DNA of 64,000 nt from a bacterium BMS3Abin01 (lineage in GTDB: Bacteria; Actinomycetota; Thermoleophilia; BMS3ABIN01), in NCBI GenBank assembly GCA_002897715.1, contig BDUA01000009.1:9540-73539 (forward strand), written 5' to 3'. Every line of letters starts with the position of its first letter. The stretch's first letter is position 1. The notes below the pieces were generated by a model, which saw only the letters and a list, made by a program, of their open reading frames with translations, did no database searches and was not told where the DNA came from. Position numbers and translations under genes: made by a program. This document shows positions 44,453-54,544 of the stretch, in pieces.

Positions 44453-45292
44453 ATGAGCGAAAAAAGGATCTCGCGCAGTGACCTGCTCAAAGCCGGTGGC
44501 GCTGTAGCTCTGGGAACCGCCACGGCAGGCATGATGCCTAAAGCCTTGAGGGGAAGCGTAGCCATGGCGCAGGAGCAGTTCGATCGCGAAGGCCCGCGCA
44601 ACGTCATGGTCATCGACCTGCGCAAGTGTATCGGTTGCCGCGGCTGTACGGTTACCTGCAAGTCGGAGAACAATGTGCCGCTGGACGTATGGAACACCGT
44701 GGTCAAACAGGAGGAACTGGAAAACGGCGCGTTTGCCAAGAAGGTCTTCCTTCCCCGCATGTGTAACCATTGTGAAGGTACTATCCAGCAGTCGCACGGA
44801 GCAACCTACCCGCCCTGTGTCAACGCCTGTCCCCGGAAAGATCTGGGAACCGCCGAATGGAATGGAATCGAGTACTACGTCGGCGCCACCTACAAACGGC
44901 CTGACGGCGCCATCCTCTACAACAGCGCTGAATGCGTTGCCTGCTATGCATGTGTGAAAGCATGCCCTTACGGCGCCCGCCATGTGGATAATTTCGTAAC
45001 GCCGGGGGGTCCGAACCCGTATAACCAGTACGGCATCGGCAAGTGCATCTTCTGCGTGCAACGCATTGACAACGGTGTTGTGCCGGCCTGTGTAAATACC
45101 TGCGAGGGCAGGGCAAGGGTGTTTGGAGACCGGAAAGATCCCGACAGTGAAGTATCCCAGCTAATCAACAGCTTCGACACAGTCCATCTCCTGCCGGAGG
45201 AAAACACGATGCCTCAGGTTTATTACATAGATCCGGATAATGTGTTAAGCACATTCCAGAAAGGTGAGCCGTTCAGAGACAAGGTAGACTAG
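44453..45292 (+). CDS. 4Fe-4S ferredoxin-type electron-transfer subunit (PsrB/NrfC/DmsB-like) with N-terminal Tat-like signal
   Basis: Four Cys clusters (CIGCRGCTVTC, CNHC..x14..CVNACP, CVACYACVKACP, CIFCVQRIDNGVVPACVNTC). The N-terminal signal-like region RISRSDLLKAGG has only one Arg in the twin-Arg position. Confidence 0.85.
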   Translation: MSEKRISRSDLLKAGGAVALGTATAGMMPKALRGSVAMAQEQFDREGPRNVMVIDLRKCIGCRGCTVTCKSENNVPLDVWNTVVKQEELENGAFAKKVFLPRMCNHCEGTIQQSHGATYPPCVNACPRKDLGTAEWNGIEYYVGATYKRPDGAILYNSAECVACYACVKACPYGARHVDNFVTPGGPNPYNQYGIGKCIFCVQRIDNGVVPACVNTCEGRARVFGDRKDPDSEVSQLINSFDTVHLLPEENTMPQVYYIDPDNVLSTFQKGEPFRDKVD

Positions 45293-45343
45293 CCGGATTA
45301 CCCTCGCAACAAGCAATTATTGAGCGAAAAGGAGAGATAAAGA

Positions 45344-47869
45344 ATGATTAGAACAACACGCCGGAACTTTTTGAAGCTGGGCATGGCCAGCGGCGCTCTT
45401 CTGGCTGCGGGAGAAGTCATCGGTTGCGGCCAGGAGTCCCTGACCGGGACCGTATCGCTGGAGCCGGGAGGCAAGGATTTTTCCCCGAAGACCGGGGCTG
45501 AACGGACCGCCATCCCCACCGCCTGCTGGAACTGTGTCACCCGTTGCGCAGCCATTGGTTTCGTCGAAGATGGCCGGCTGGTAAAGATGGAGTCCAATCC
45601 CGATTCCATCAGGACCGAGGGCAAGATGTGCGCCAAGGGACAAGCGGGTCCCAACCACGTGTACGACCCCGACAGGGTGCTCTACCCCATGAAGCGGGTC
45701 GGACCCCGCGGCGGCGGGCAGTGGCAGAGGCTCTCCTGGGATGCAGCACTCACGGAGATAGTGGATCATATCAAGCCGCTGCGCGATGCGGGAACGCCGG
45801 AAAAATTCATGTTCCACTACGGCAGGATGAAGGCCAGCTCCAGCAAGCTAGTAAAAAGCAGCTTCCTGCATACATTCGGCACCGAGACCATCGGCAACCA
45901 CACCTCTATCTGCGAGGGCGGTAAGTGGGTGGCCCAGGAGCTTACCTGGGGCAAACATTATGACAGCTGGGACTTCGATAATACCGGTTTCGTGCTCAAC
46001 TTCGGCAGCAATGTGTTTGAGGCTCATACCAATCATATCCCCACGTCTCCAAGGCTGATCAGAGCCATGACCGACCGGGGTGTAAGGCTGATCACCTTTG
46101 ACGTAAAGCTCTCCAATACGGCCGCCAAATCCAGCGAATGGATACCCATTAAACCGGGAACCGACGGTGCGGTGATGCTGGCCATGTGCAACCATATCAT
46201 TAGCAATAACCTGCATGACCGGGATTTCCTCGACTACGTCAAGGCAACGGGCGACCCCGATGCATCAACGGAAGAAAAGGAAGATTCCCTGCGCAACCAT
46301 CTGGACCGGTTCACCCCCGAGTGGGCGGAGGGCATCAGCGGCATCAGCGCAGATAAGATAAAAGCCGTAGCGGAAGATTTCGCCACTACCAAGCCGGCCT
46401 GCCTGATAACCTACCGGGGGGCTGTAGCCCACTATTGCGGCGCCGAGAACGAGCGTAGCGCCATGATGCTGGCCTCGCTTACCGGTAACATCGATAACCC
46501 CGGCGGCAGGTGCAAGGCAGTGGGCGCCTCCTGGGAATACCCCAAGAGCCCCGACCCGCCGGAGAAGAAGGGCCTGAAGATCCTAAACGGCTTCCCGGGA
46601 CAGGTGGCCTTCCCCAATCACCATGTAAGCAACCAGATACTGAAGATGATAAAAGACGGCAGCGCCGGCAGGCCCGAGGTATATATGTGGTACTGCCATA
46701 CGCCAGTATTCGCCAACGGCGAAGTACAGGAGAACATCGACGTCCTTAAAGATGAGAGCATGCTCCCGTACTCCATTTGCATCAATCCCTTTTATGATGA
46801 ATCGGCAGCGCTGGCGGATCTCATTCTTCCGGACGCCACCTATCTGGAGAGATGGGACAGCGAGGACATGGTCTCTCCAACCCAGGTAGCGGAATACTAC
46901 ATCCGCCAGCCGCTGGTAGAACCGCTTTGCGGTATCAAGTCCTTCGCCGATGTGTGCTTCGATCTGGCGGACAGGATGGGCATGCCGCTGTTCGAGTCCG
47001 AAGGGATCAACTCCATGGAGGACTTTGTCCGCTATGCCTGCGAAAACACCACGGGGGTACCGGGCTTCGATTACATGAAGCAAAACGGTGTCTGGCACGA
47101 TCCGGAGGCCGAGCCCAAGTACTACTCCTACAAGAAGGATATGGGCACGGATGAGGATCTCATCGCCGGCAGCTACACCCTCGATCCGGGGGGAACCGGC
47201 GTTTGGTGGAAACAGCCCAAGGAGGACGCCAGGTACGGCGACGACAAGCATGACTATAAAACCTACAAGGCCCAGAAGCTGGCGGACGGCACCAATGTCT
47301 CCGGTTTTAAACCAGACAAGATCAATAAATCCGGTTTCATGGAACTGTATTCGGAGCTCCTTGCCGGCAAGGACTATTCAGCCTTGCCTAGCTATTACCC
47401 GATACCGGAGCATCAGAATATGTCTGCGGGCCAGCTTGTCCTGACAACCTATAAGGTTGCCGTGCAGACCCATTCCCGCAATGCGAACTGCAAGTGGCTG
47501 AGCGAACTGTTCCATGAAAACCCCGGATGGATCCATCCGGATACGGCCGCGTCACTTGGTATCGGTGATGGAGACACCGTCAGTGTTACCTCCTCGGTGG
47601 GTTCTTTCAAGACGAAGGCCCGCGTGACCAAGGGCATTATCCCCGGCGCTATTGCGGTCTCCCACCATCTGGGACACTGGCAGTACGGCCGCTACGCATC
47701 GGGCAACCCTTCCCCGGATCCGCAACCGGCCGAATGCAGACCGGAGGCCGAGCAACATTGGTGGAACACTTACGGCGTGCGTCCCAACTGGGCCATACCG
47801 AACTCTCCCGATCCCATCAGCGGCCAGCAACGCTGGATGGATACGGTAGTAACGGTTACAAAGATCTGA
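45344..47869 (+). CDS. Tat-exported molybdopterin (bis-PGD) oxidoreductase catalytic subunit, Psr/Phs/Arr/Ttr-like; substrate unknown
   Basis: Twin-arginine signal TRRNFLKLG and a canonical FS0 motif CWNCVTRC-x27-C. Also HTSICEGG and PIKPGTDGAVMLAM blocks. 841 aa. Confidence 0.9.
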   Translation: MIRTTRRNFLKLGMASGALLAAGEVIGCGQESLTGTVSLEPGGKDFSPKTGAERTAIPTACWNCVTRCAAIGFVEDGRLVKMESNPDSIRTEGKMCAKGQAGPNHVYDPDRVLYPMKRVGPRGGGQWQRLSWDAALTEIVDHIKPLRDAGTPEKFMFHYGRMKASSSKLVKSSFLHTFGTETIGNHTSICEGGKWVAQELTWGKHYDSWDFDNTGFVLNFGSNVFEAHTNHIPTSPRLIRAMTDRGVRLITFDVKLSNTAAKSSEWIPIKPGTDGAVMLAMCNHIISNNLHDRDFLDYVKATGDPDASTEEKEDSLRNHLDRFTPEWAEGISGISADKIKAVAEDFATTKPACLITYRGAVAHYCGAENERSAMMLASLTGNIDNPGGRCKAVGASWEYPKSPDPPEKKGLKILNGFPGQVAFPNHHVSNQILKMIKDGSAGRPEVYMWYCHTPVFANGEVQENIDVLKDESMLPYSICINPFYDESAALADLILPDATYLERWDSEDMVSPTQVAEYYIRQPLVEPLCGIKSFADVCFDLADRMGMPLFESEGINSMEDFVRYACENTTGVPGFDYMKQNGVWHDPEAEPKYYSYKKDMGTDEDLIAGSYTLDPGGTGVWWKQPKEDARYGDDKHDYKTYKAQKLADGTNVSGFKPDKINKSGFMELYSELLAGKDYSALPSYYPIPEHQNMSAGQLVLTTYKVAVQTHSRNANCKWLSELFHENPGWIHPDTAASLGIGDGDTVSVTSSVGSFKTKARVTKGIIPGAIAVSHHLGHWQYGRYASGNPSPDPQPAECRPEAEQHWWNTYGVRPNWAIPNSPDPISGQQRWMDTVVTVTKI

Positions 47870-47985
47870 TTGGGAAAGGCGGCAAAACCCCCGGAGATTC
47901 CGGGGGTTTTGCCGCTGATTGCATTCTCGGAGCAATACCGGACGACGTACTATTCGCCTTCGAATCACGAGGGAGAGAGAAGATT

Positions 47986-48663
47986 ATGAGAGGTGAGCTC
48001 GTGGAGGAAGCTGATAAGAACAGCAAGGCTGAGAACTCGTTGGGACTGATCAACATCTATAGCTTCTTGGCAACTATCTATAACGAGGAAATAACTGCAC
48101 CTGTCCTGCGGCAGATCAGGAATCCCCGGTTTCTTGAGGCTTTATCCAGCGTAGGTGTTCAGTTGGATGATGACATGTTCAAGGGATCGGAAGACCGGCT
48201 GGTCGAGGACCTTGCAGTTGAGTACGCCAGGCTGTTCCTGGGTCCCGGAAAACATATCCCCCCTTATGAATCTGTTCATCATGAAAGGACCGACGGTGAT
48301 TGGGGCAGTTTGTGGGGTGCGGATACAGTCGCAGTCAAGAAATTCATTGAATCGACCGGGCTTGAATATCGATCAGAATACGACGGTTTGCCCGATCACA
48401 TAGGAGTAGAGTTGGAATTCATGAAGGAAGTTACCAGGCGCGAGGCTCAGGCCTGGGAAGAGAAAGATGAGGATGGCGCGGATTGCTGCCTTAAGATCAA
48501 GAAGAAGTTTATTGAGGAACATCTCGCCCGGTGGATTCCGGTTTTTTGCGATAAAGTAATCGCCGCAGCGAATCTTTCTTTCTACCGGGAAATCGCTGCG
48601 ATAACAAAAAGCTTTATTGAGTTTGAGAGAAAAGAAACAGACAGGTACTTATCGCGAGTGTAA
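47986..48663 (+). CDS. TorD/DmsD/NarJ-family redox enzyme maturation chaperone
   Basis: EYARLFLGPGKHIPPYESVH motif; downstream of the catalytic subunit. Start chosen at MRGELV after GGGAGAGAGA. Visibly more AT-rich than neighbouring genes. Confidence 0.8.
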   Translation: MRGELVEEADKNSKAENSLGLINIYSFLATIYNEEITAPVLRQIRNPRFLEALSSVGVQLDDDMFKGSEDRLVEDLAVEYARLFLGPGKHIPPYESVHHERTDGDWGSLWGADTVAVKKFIESTGLEYRSEYDGLPDHIGVELEFMKEVTRREAQAWEEKDEDGADCCLKIKKKFIEEHLARWIPVFCDKVIAAANLSFYREIAAITKSFIEFERKETDRYLSRV

Positions 48664-48689
48664 GAGAATAAATACCGCGCACGAGACCG

Positions 48690-49187
48690 TCAGCGTCCGC
48701 ATTCCCTTCCCCTGCCCGCCAGCAGTTCCAGGGCGTGGCCCAGGGCGGGCTCGATGACGGCGAAGGACTCCTCGCAGGCCTTGGGGCTGCCGGGAAAGTT
48801 GATGATAAGTGTGCGGCCGCGGGTACCGGCAACGGCGCGGGAGAGCATGGCCCGGGGTGTGATGGCCAGCGACCGGGTTCGCATGGTCTCGGTAAAGCCG
48901 GGGGCCTGGCGCTCGATGACATCGAGAGTAGCCTCGGGGGTGATATCCCTGGGCCCCAGGCCGGTGCCGCCATTGGTGATGATAAGGTCCGCGCCATGGC
49001 CGCAGAGTTGTATCAGCGTCTCGGTAATCTTTTCCTGCTCGTCAGGAACAATGGTTCGCGAAACCGTGCCGGCGCCAAAACCCATCAGTAGCCGCTCCAG
49101 AAGGTCGCCGCTGTCGTCGGCTCTCTCGCCGGCGGCACCCTTGTCGCTTATGGTAACGACAGCCGCTGTGAATCTCATCCGTATCAC
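48690..49187 (-). CDS. moaB: Molybdenum cofactor biosynthesis protein B / MogA-like (MoCF_biosynth domain)
   Basis: AAVVTISDKGAAGERADDSG and ITNGGTGLGPRDITPEAT motifs. Confidence 0.85.
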   Translation of the reverse strand: MIRMRFTAAVVTISDKGAAGERADDSGDLLERLLMGFGAGTVSRTIVPDEQEKITETLIQLCGHGADLIITNGGTGLGPRDITPEATLDVIERQAPGFTETMRTRSLAITPRAMLSRAVAGTRGRTLIINFPGSPKACEESFAVIEPALGHALELLAGRGRECGR

Positions 49188-49311
49188 TCTCCTGTACGAT
49201 TATTCAATGATAGACAAAAAGCAGATCCCTCGCTGCGCTCGGGATGACAGGGCGCGGCGAAATGCCAGTGATGCTTCAACGGACGTCGTTTCCAGGCCCC
49301 GTCCTGTCCAT

Positions 49312-49803
49312 CTATTTCACTGCGGACGGATAATCGCCGGCCATGACGATATGGTCTTCCGCCCTCACCGTGCCGCCCTCCAGCACGCGCACGAATATCC
49401 CCTCCCTCGGCATGACACAGTCGCCGGCCTGGCGGTAGATGGCGCAGCGGTCGTGGCACTCCTTGCCGATCTGGGTTACCTCCGCCAGCGCCGGTCCCAG
49501 CCTGAGCCGCGTACCCACGGGCAGATGCGGCAGGTCGATGCCCTCGGTGGTAAGGTTCTCGGCGAAATCGCCCGGGCCCACATCGAGGCCCTTGTCGACC
49601 ATCTTGCCGATACTCTCTATGGCCAGCAGGCTCACCTGCCGGTGCCACTTGCCGGCGTGGCCATCGCCGACGATACCGTGTTCCGGCCTGAGCTCTCCCT
49701 CCTCCACCGGCTTCTTGCGTTCTCCCTTGCTGCTAGAGGTATTGACCGAGATGATACGAGCGGCCTTGTTCCCTGTATCTGTTCCTTCTTTGTTCATAGT
49801 CAC
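49312..49803 (-). CDS. MOSC domain protein
   Basis: ISVNTSSSKGERKKPV...GIVGDGHAG..HRQVSLLAIES pattern of MOSC beta-barrel proteins. ATGA overlap with the moaC stop. Confidence 0.75.
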   Translation of the reverse strand: MTMNKEGTDTGNKAARIISVNTSSSKGERKKPVEEGELRPEHGIVGDGHAGKWHRQVSLLAIESIGKMVDKGLDVGPGDFAENLTTEGIDLPHLPVGTRLRLGPALAEVTQIGKECHDRCAIYRQAGDCVMPREGIFVRVLEGGTVRAEDHIVMAGDYPSAVK

Positions 49804-50348
49804 TCCTCTGTTGCGCTGTCGTCGCCGGAAACCAGTCCGGGTTCCTCCTCGTCCGGCCTCTGCCAGTCTGATTTGCCGCCACGCTTGTCCAGTACCATGA
49901 TGTCAGTGATGACCATGCCCCGGTCCACCGCCTTACACATGTCGTAGACGGTGAGGGCGGCCACGGAGGCTGCGGTAAGCGCTTCCATCTCCACTCCGGT
50001 GCGGGCGGACACGCAGGCTGAAGCTACGATATCCACCGTTGACTCATCCCGGTCCAGATGAAACTCGATCGCCACATGATCCAGGGGCAACGGATGGCAC
50101 ATGGGGATGAGCCGCGGCGTCTCCTTGGCCGCCATGATGCCGGCCACCCGCGCCACGGATAGCACATCTCCTTTAGGCAGGGCCTGCTCCTCGAGCAGGC
50201 GCATGGTCTCTGGCGCCATGCGTACCCGCGCCGCTGCCCGCGCCAGGCGCGCCGTCACCGGCTTTTCGCCCACGTCCACCATGCGCGCGGCCCCCTTCTC
50301 ATCGATATGGGAAAACGCCGCTTCCCTGTCGACTTCATTCCGGCGCAT
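49800..50348 (-). CDS. moaC: Cyclic pyranopterin monophosphate synthase
   Basis: MVDVGEKPVT, LIPMCHPLPL and the TGVEMEALTAASVAALTVYDMCKA blocks. It has an acidic C-terminal extension. Confidence 0.9.
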   Translation of the reverse strand: MRRNEVDREAAFSHIDEKGAARMVDVGEKPVTARLARAAARVRMAPETMRLLEEQALPKGDVLSVARVAGIMAAKETPRLIPMCHPLPLDHVAIEFHLDRDESTVDIVASACVSARTGVEMEALTAASVAALTVYDMCKAVDRGMVITDIMVLDKRGGKSDWQRPDEEEPGLVSGDDSATEE

Positions 50349-50418
50349 AACTGCCCCCTCTCGTCTGTCCCTGTTGTATCTTCATAGTCGAAAAAGACAT
50401 ATTGATTGCCCTGCGGTA

Positions 50419-51462
50419 TCAGCCGCCCAACTGGGCCATTGTCCTGGCGCCCGGGTCCTCGGCCAGACGATTGAACCTCTTGCTATTGATGGAATACCGG
50501 ATGACGCGCCTGAGGATATCCGGGTCGCCGCCGATAAAGGGCCGTACATCCACTTCCTTGTCGGAAAAAAGACAGTTGCGCAGCCTGCCGTCAGCGGTCA
50601 GCCTCAGGCGATTGCAGCGTGAGCAGAAATGGTCGCTCATGGAGCTGATGAAACCGACGGTCCCAAGCATCCCGTCAAGGCGGAAGTAGCGCGCCGGCCC
50701 CCCGCCTGCGGGTGAATGGGCGGGCTCCAGCTTACCGAAGCGTCCGATCAGGTCCATCAGCCTCCTCCGCGAGACGAAGCGCCAGTCACCGCCGCGGCGG
50801 CGGCCGATGGGCATGAACTCGATGAAGCGCACATGCACCGGCCGCTCCCGAGCGAGACGCACGAAAGCTTCCACGTCGTCCTCTATGCCTTCCAGCATTA
50901 CGGCGTTAACCTTGACCGGCGCCAGTCCGGCGTCGAGCGCCCGCTCAAGGCCGGCCAGCACCGGCCTCAGCTCCCGCCCGCTGGTGATGCGCCGGAAGCG
51001 TTGCGGGTTGAGGCTATCGATGCTGATGTTGATGCGCGAAAGCCCCGCCTGCCGCAGCTGCTCCTCGTGCCCGGCGAGCAGCGAACCGTTGGTGGTAAGG
51101 GAAAGGTCCTCGACCCCCGGCAGGGCCGCCAGCCGCGCCAGCAGCCCGGTACAGCCCTTGCGCACAAGCGGCTCGCCGCCGGTGACGCGCACACGGCTGA
51201 CTCCCATGGTGGTGGCCACGAACACGAACCTCTCGATCTCCTCGAAGGAAAGGATCTGCTCATGGAGTTTGGCGTGAACACCCTCCGGTGGCATGCAGTA
51301 GATGCAGCGGAAGTTACAGCGGTCGGTGATGGAAACACGCAGGTAGTCGATGACCGGGGCCGGGGTCCGGTTGACATCAAGGCCTTTCCCCGGGGAGGCC
51401 TCCCAGGCAATCCCAGGCATTGCACTCCTGCTGTGACCATCGTTGCCGGTAGTGATCTTCAT
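50419..51462 (-). CDS. moaA: GTP 3',8-cyclase (radical SAM)
   Basis: LRVSITDRCNFRCIYCMP cluster motif, TGGEPL, and a C-terminal second-cluster CSRCNRLRLTADG. ATGA overlap with the mobA-mobB stop. Confidence 0.9.
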   Translation of the reverse strand: MKITTGNDGHSRSAMPGIAWEASPGKGLDVNRTPAPVIDYLRVSITDRCNFRCIYCMPPEGVHAKLHEQILSFEEIERFVFVATTMGVSRVRVTGGEPLVRKGCTGLLARLAALPGVEDLSLTTNGSLLAGHEEQLRQAGLSRINISIDSLNPQRFRRITSGRELRPVLAGLERALDAGLAPVKVNAVMLEGIEDDVEAFVRLARERPVHVRFIEFMPIGRRRGGDWRFVSRRRLMDLIGRFGKLEPAHSPAGGGPARYFRLDGMLGTVGFISSMSDHFCSRCNRLRLTADGRLRNCLFSDKEVDVRPFIGGDPDILRRVIRYSINSKRFNRLAEDPGARTMAQLGG

Positions 51463-52637
51463 GATGCGCCCTCCGCCTCGCCTTCTGCTCCTGACGCGCC
51501 TCCCGGCCTTGATGCGCCCAAACGATAGCGCTCGAGCAGGAAGCTCGTGAGCCCGTCGATGTCATCCATCCCGAAAACGGGTACCGACGCAGCCGCATTG
51601 GGACGGTCGGAGACTACAGCTATGAGCTCATCTTCGCTCAATACAAGTTCATGACTCCGCTCACTGCGAGATACTTCGATCCTGTCCGCCTCGGCGCTCT
51701 TGTAACCTTCGGCGACGATGATGTCCACCGGGGATTCCACTTGCCGCCGCAGCTCCGCCAGCGACTTTTCCCGTTCCAGCCGTTTTAAATCCGCGCAGGC
51801 GCCGGGCGACGAGATGACGACCTGACGGGCGCCGGCGCGGGCAATACGCCATGTATCGGTTCCCTCGTGATCCATGGAGAAGCTGTGTACATCATGCTTG
51901 ATGAAGGCCACTTCCAACCCCGCTTCCCTGAGTCGCGGCACCAGCTTCTCAATAAGCGTCGTCTTGCCCGAATTCTTCTTGCTCACGAAACAGACGAGCG
52001 GCGGCCGCAGGTGCGCGGGAGCCGCGGCTGTTGGCCCCCGTGCCGCCAGCAGCTCTTCCGCCCGCTCCAGATCCCCGGGGGTGTTAATATTGAAAAAAGC
52101 GATTGCGGGATCGCAGACAGCCTTTAGCTCCGCTTCGTCCACGTATCTAACATCCAGATCGCCCAGCGACCGCCGCAGGGAGAACCGGCCTTGGCTGATA
52201 TTCTCCTCAAGAGCGTCCAGGCAAGACCTGGAGTAAACTGCGCAGAGCGGCTCGGGGCCGTCCACACCTATGGGCACAACGGCGTCATGGCCGTCAACCA
52301 GCCCCGCCATCAGCTCCACCAGTTCCTGCGCGACGAAGGGCAAGTCACAGGAGATTGCCAGGCAATTCTTCCTGGGGGAAGCCGCCAGAGCCGAATAGAT
52401 ACCGACGATCGACGCCCGGAATGTGAACTGGTCGGCGCAGTGAGGCAGACCGAAGCACCGGTATGTCGCGGCTTCGCCACCGACGATGAAAGCTTCCTCC
52501 TCCTGCGGCGACAACGCCTCTATTACGCGGAGGATCAGGGGCTTTCCCGCCAGTTCCTCCATGGCCTTGTTCCGCCCCATGCGGCTGCTCTCGCCGCCGG
52601 CAAGGATGGCGATGGATATCTTTCGCGCGTCAACCAT
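51459..52637 (-). CDS. Fused MobA (molybdenum cofactor guanylyltransferase) - MobB (MGD biosynthesis adapter)
   Basis: N-terminal AILAGGESSRMGRNKA (MobA). C-terminal SKKNSGKTTLIEKL...IKHDVHSFSMDHEGTDT (MobB P-loop). Start chosen at MVDARK, 8 nt overlap with the ABC ATPase stop. Confidence 0.85.
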   Translation of the reverse strand: MVDARKISIAILAGGESSRMGRNKAMEELAGKPLILRVIEALSPQEEEAFIVGGEAATYRCFGLPHCADQFTFRASIVGIYSALAASPRKNCLAISCDLPFVAQELVELMAGLVDGHDAVVPIGVDGPEPLCAVYSRSCLDALEENISQGRFSLRRSLGDLDVRYVDEAELKAVCDPAIAFFNINTPGDLERAEELLAARGPTAAAPAHLRPPLVCFVSKKNSGKTTLIEKLVPRLREAGLEVAFIKHDVHSFSMDHEGTDTWRIARAGARQVVISSPGACADLKRLEREKSLAELRRQVESPVDIIVAEGYKSAEADRIEVSRSERSHELVLSEDELIAVVSDRPNAAASVPVFGMDDIDGLTSFLLERYRLGASRPGGASGAEGEAEGAS

Positions 52638-53793
52638 GGGAAACCGTAGCTCCCGGCAATTCCGCCGGCGCGACCGCGCTGCCGGTGTCCGCCGCCTCCA
52701 GGAAGCTCCCTTTACCTGCCCGTACAAGACGCACGGCCGCCGGTGAAATCCGAGCCTCAACCTTTACGCCAGGGGCCAGCCCCAGCCGCACAGCCTCGGG
52801 CCTGGTAATCACGGCAACAAGCTTGAAGCCGCAGTCGATGGTTACTTTATGAGCCGGGCTGGCGTAGGCGATCGATTCCACCACGGCGGTGAAACGGTTC
52901 ACCCTGCCAGCAGTGTCCCACCGCGGGAAGGGATGAAGGGTAATATCCTCGCCTCTTATGCACGCCGCCACCAGGCCAGCGGCCGCTGTTGCGGAGCGGA
53001 GGCTGTGCCCTTTCGCAGCCTCGAGCTTCACCACGGCGCCACCGTCAATGATACCGGTGGCGCGGCCGGCGAGAAGATTCTCAAATCCAAGCAAGCGAGC
53101 CGAAAAAATATCAGCAGGCGCATTAATGATCTCGGCAACAGGTCCGACCTGGCAAAACTTGCCTTCGTTCATGACCGCCAGGCGGTCTGCGACAACCGCT
53201 GCGTCGGCGAGGGAATGGGTTACATAGGCCACCGTCGTCTTGAGCGCCTCAATGGTATGACGCAGGTCCAGCTGGAACTCCTCGCGGACGAGAGGGTCGA
53301 GGCCGGCCGCCGGTTCGTCAAGGAAGAGAACATCCGGCTCCACTGCCACGGCACGCGCCAGGGCCACCCGCTGGGCCTGGCCGCCGGAGAGCTTGCGCGC
53401 GTTACGTTGTGCCAGCTCCGTCAAACTGAAGTCTTCCAGCACCTGCTCGAGGCGGCGTGACATTTCACACCGTGGCAGGCGCCTAAGTCGGAGTCCATAG
53501 GCAACGTTGTCGGCGACACTGCCTTTGAAAAGGAAGGGACGCTGGAAGACACCTGCCATGCGGCGCCTGGCCCATATGCTGCCCTTGTCAACACGCTTGC
53601 CGTTGAAGCGGATCTCGCCGCCGTCGGAGTCCTCCACCAGGTTCAACAAGCGCAGCAGTGTGGACTTGCCGGCCCCATTGGCTCCCATGATGCAAAACGT
53701 CTCCCCCCGACGGAGTGCCAATCTGCCGACATCCAGCACCACCCGGCCATCGTAGCGGCGTTTAAGCCCCGATGCCACCAACACGGCACTCAT
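52630..53793 (-). CDS. ABC transporter ATP-binding protein with C-terminal TOBE/Mop-like domain (molybdate/tungstate type, ModC/TupC-like)
   Basis: Walker A GANGAGKST, signature LSGGQAQRV, Walker B LFLDEP. An extra C-terminal beta-rich domain of about 130 aa. Confidence 0.85.
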   Translation of the reverse strand: MSAVLVASGLKRRYDGRVVLDVGRLALRRGETFCIMGANGAGKSTLLRLLNLVEDSDGGEIRFNGKRVDKGSIWARRRMAGVFQRPFLFKGSVADNVAYGLRLRRLPRCEMSRRLEQVLEDFSLTELAQRNARKLSGGQAQRVALARAVAVEPDVLFLDEPAAGLDPLVREEFQLDLRHTIEALKTTVAYVTHSLADAAVVADRLAVMNEGKFCQVGPVAEIINAPADIFSARLLGFENLLAGRATGIIDGGAVVKLEAAKGHSLRSATAAAGLVAACIRGEDITLHPFPRWDTAGRVNRFTAVVESIAYASPAHKVTIDCGFKLVAVITRPEAVRLGLAPGVKVEARISPAAVRLVRAGKGSFLEAADTGSAVAPAELPGATVSHG

Positions 53794-54479
53794 GCTGCTG
53801 TCTCCTTAACCTGCAGCCGCGACATGAAGGCATTGGCGGCCAGAGCTATCCCCAATAAAATAACGCCCAAGGCCAGTCCGACCGAATAATTGCCCTTACG
53901 CACTTCTTCCATGATGGCCGTGGTCATTACCTGTGTGTTCCCCTTTATATTGCCACCTACCATCATTACCGCCCCCACCTCGGCGATGACCCGTCCCATA
54001 CCTGCGACCAGTGCCATTACCAGAACCAATCGCGCCTCCCGCAGAGCCAGCACCGCGATCTGCATCCGCCCCGCCCCCAGGGAACGCGCCTGCAGCAACA
54101 GTTCCTTCGAGACGCCACTTATGCCGGCAACGGTGATACCCAGTATCAACGGTACAGCCATGATAAGTTGCGCCGTCATCATGGCCTGCTTGGTATACAA
54201 GAGCTGGAAAGAACCCAACGGACCGGTGCGGGAGAGAAGCAGGAAGACCAGCAGGCCCACTACCACCGGTGGCAGGGCCATGCCGGTGTTTACCACAGAA
54301 ATGGCGGCGCTGCGCCCGGGAAACCGGGCCAGGCCCACCAGCAGGCCGAGGGGGATGCCGATCAAAGCCGCCGAGAGTACAGCCACGCCCGACACTTCCA
54401 GTGAACGCAGGATGATTATCCAGACACCGGAGTCGGTCGTTAGCATCTCTACAGCCTGTTTTATCGCTTCCCAGATCAT
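53790..54479 (-). CDS. ABC transporter permease, tungstate/molybdate type (TupB-like)
   Basis: MIWEAIKQAVEMLTTD...SLEVSG N-terminus and the EAA-loop region (ARSLGAGRMQIAVLALREA). GAGGAG precedes ATG 54479. The track ORF (to 54569) runs into the riboswitch. Confidence 0.8.
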   Translation of the reverse strand: MIWEAIKQAVEMLTTDSGVWIIILRSLEVSGVAVLSAALIGIPLGLLVGLARFPGRSAAISVVNTGMALPPVVVGLLVFLLLSRTGPLGSFQLLYTKQAMMTAQLIMAVPLILGITVAGISGVSKELLLQARSLGAGRMQIAVLALREARLVLVMALVAGMGRVIAEVGAVMMVGGNIKGNTQVMTTAIMEEVRKGNYSVGLALGVILLGIALAANAFMSRLQVKETAA

Positions 54480-54544
54480 AAAAAACTCTCCTCGCTGTTG
54501 CGAAAAGAGTAACGGCTGCCAGGGCGCCACCCGGCGCTCCGCCT

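Noticed and set aside
49224-49248. Imperfect palindrome GATCCCTCGCTGCGCTCGGGATGAC between the MOSC gene and moaB. It resembles REP-like hairpin repeats I have seen in environmental bacterial genomes.
   Set aside because: Only one copy is visible in this window, so repeat status cannot be supported here. It may simply be an intergenic hairpin.
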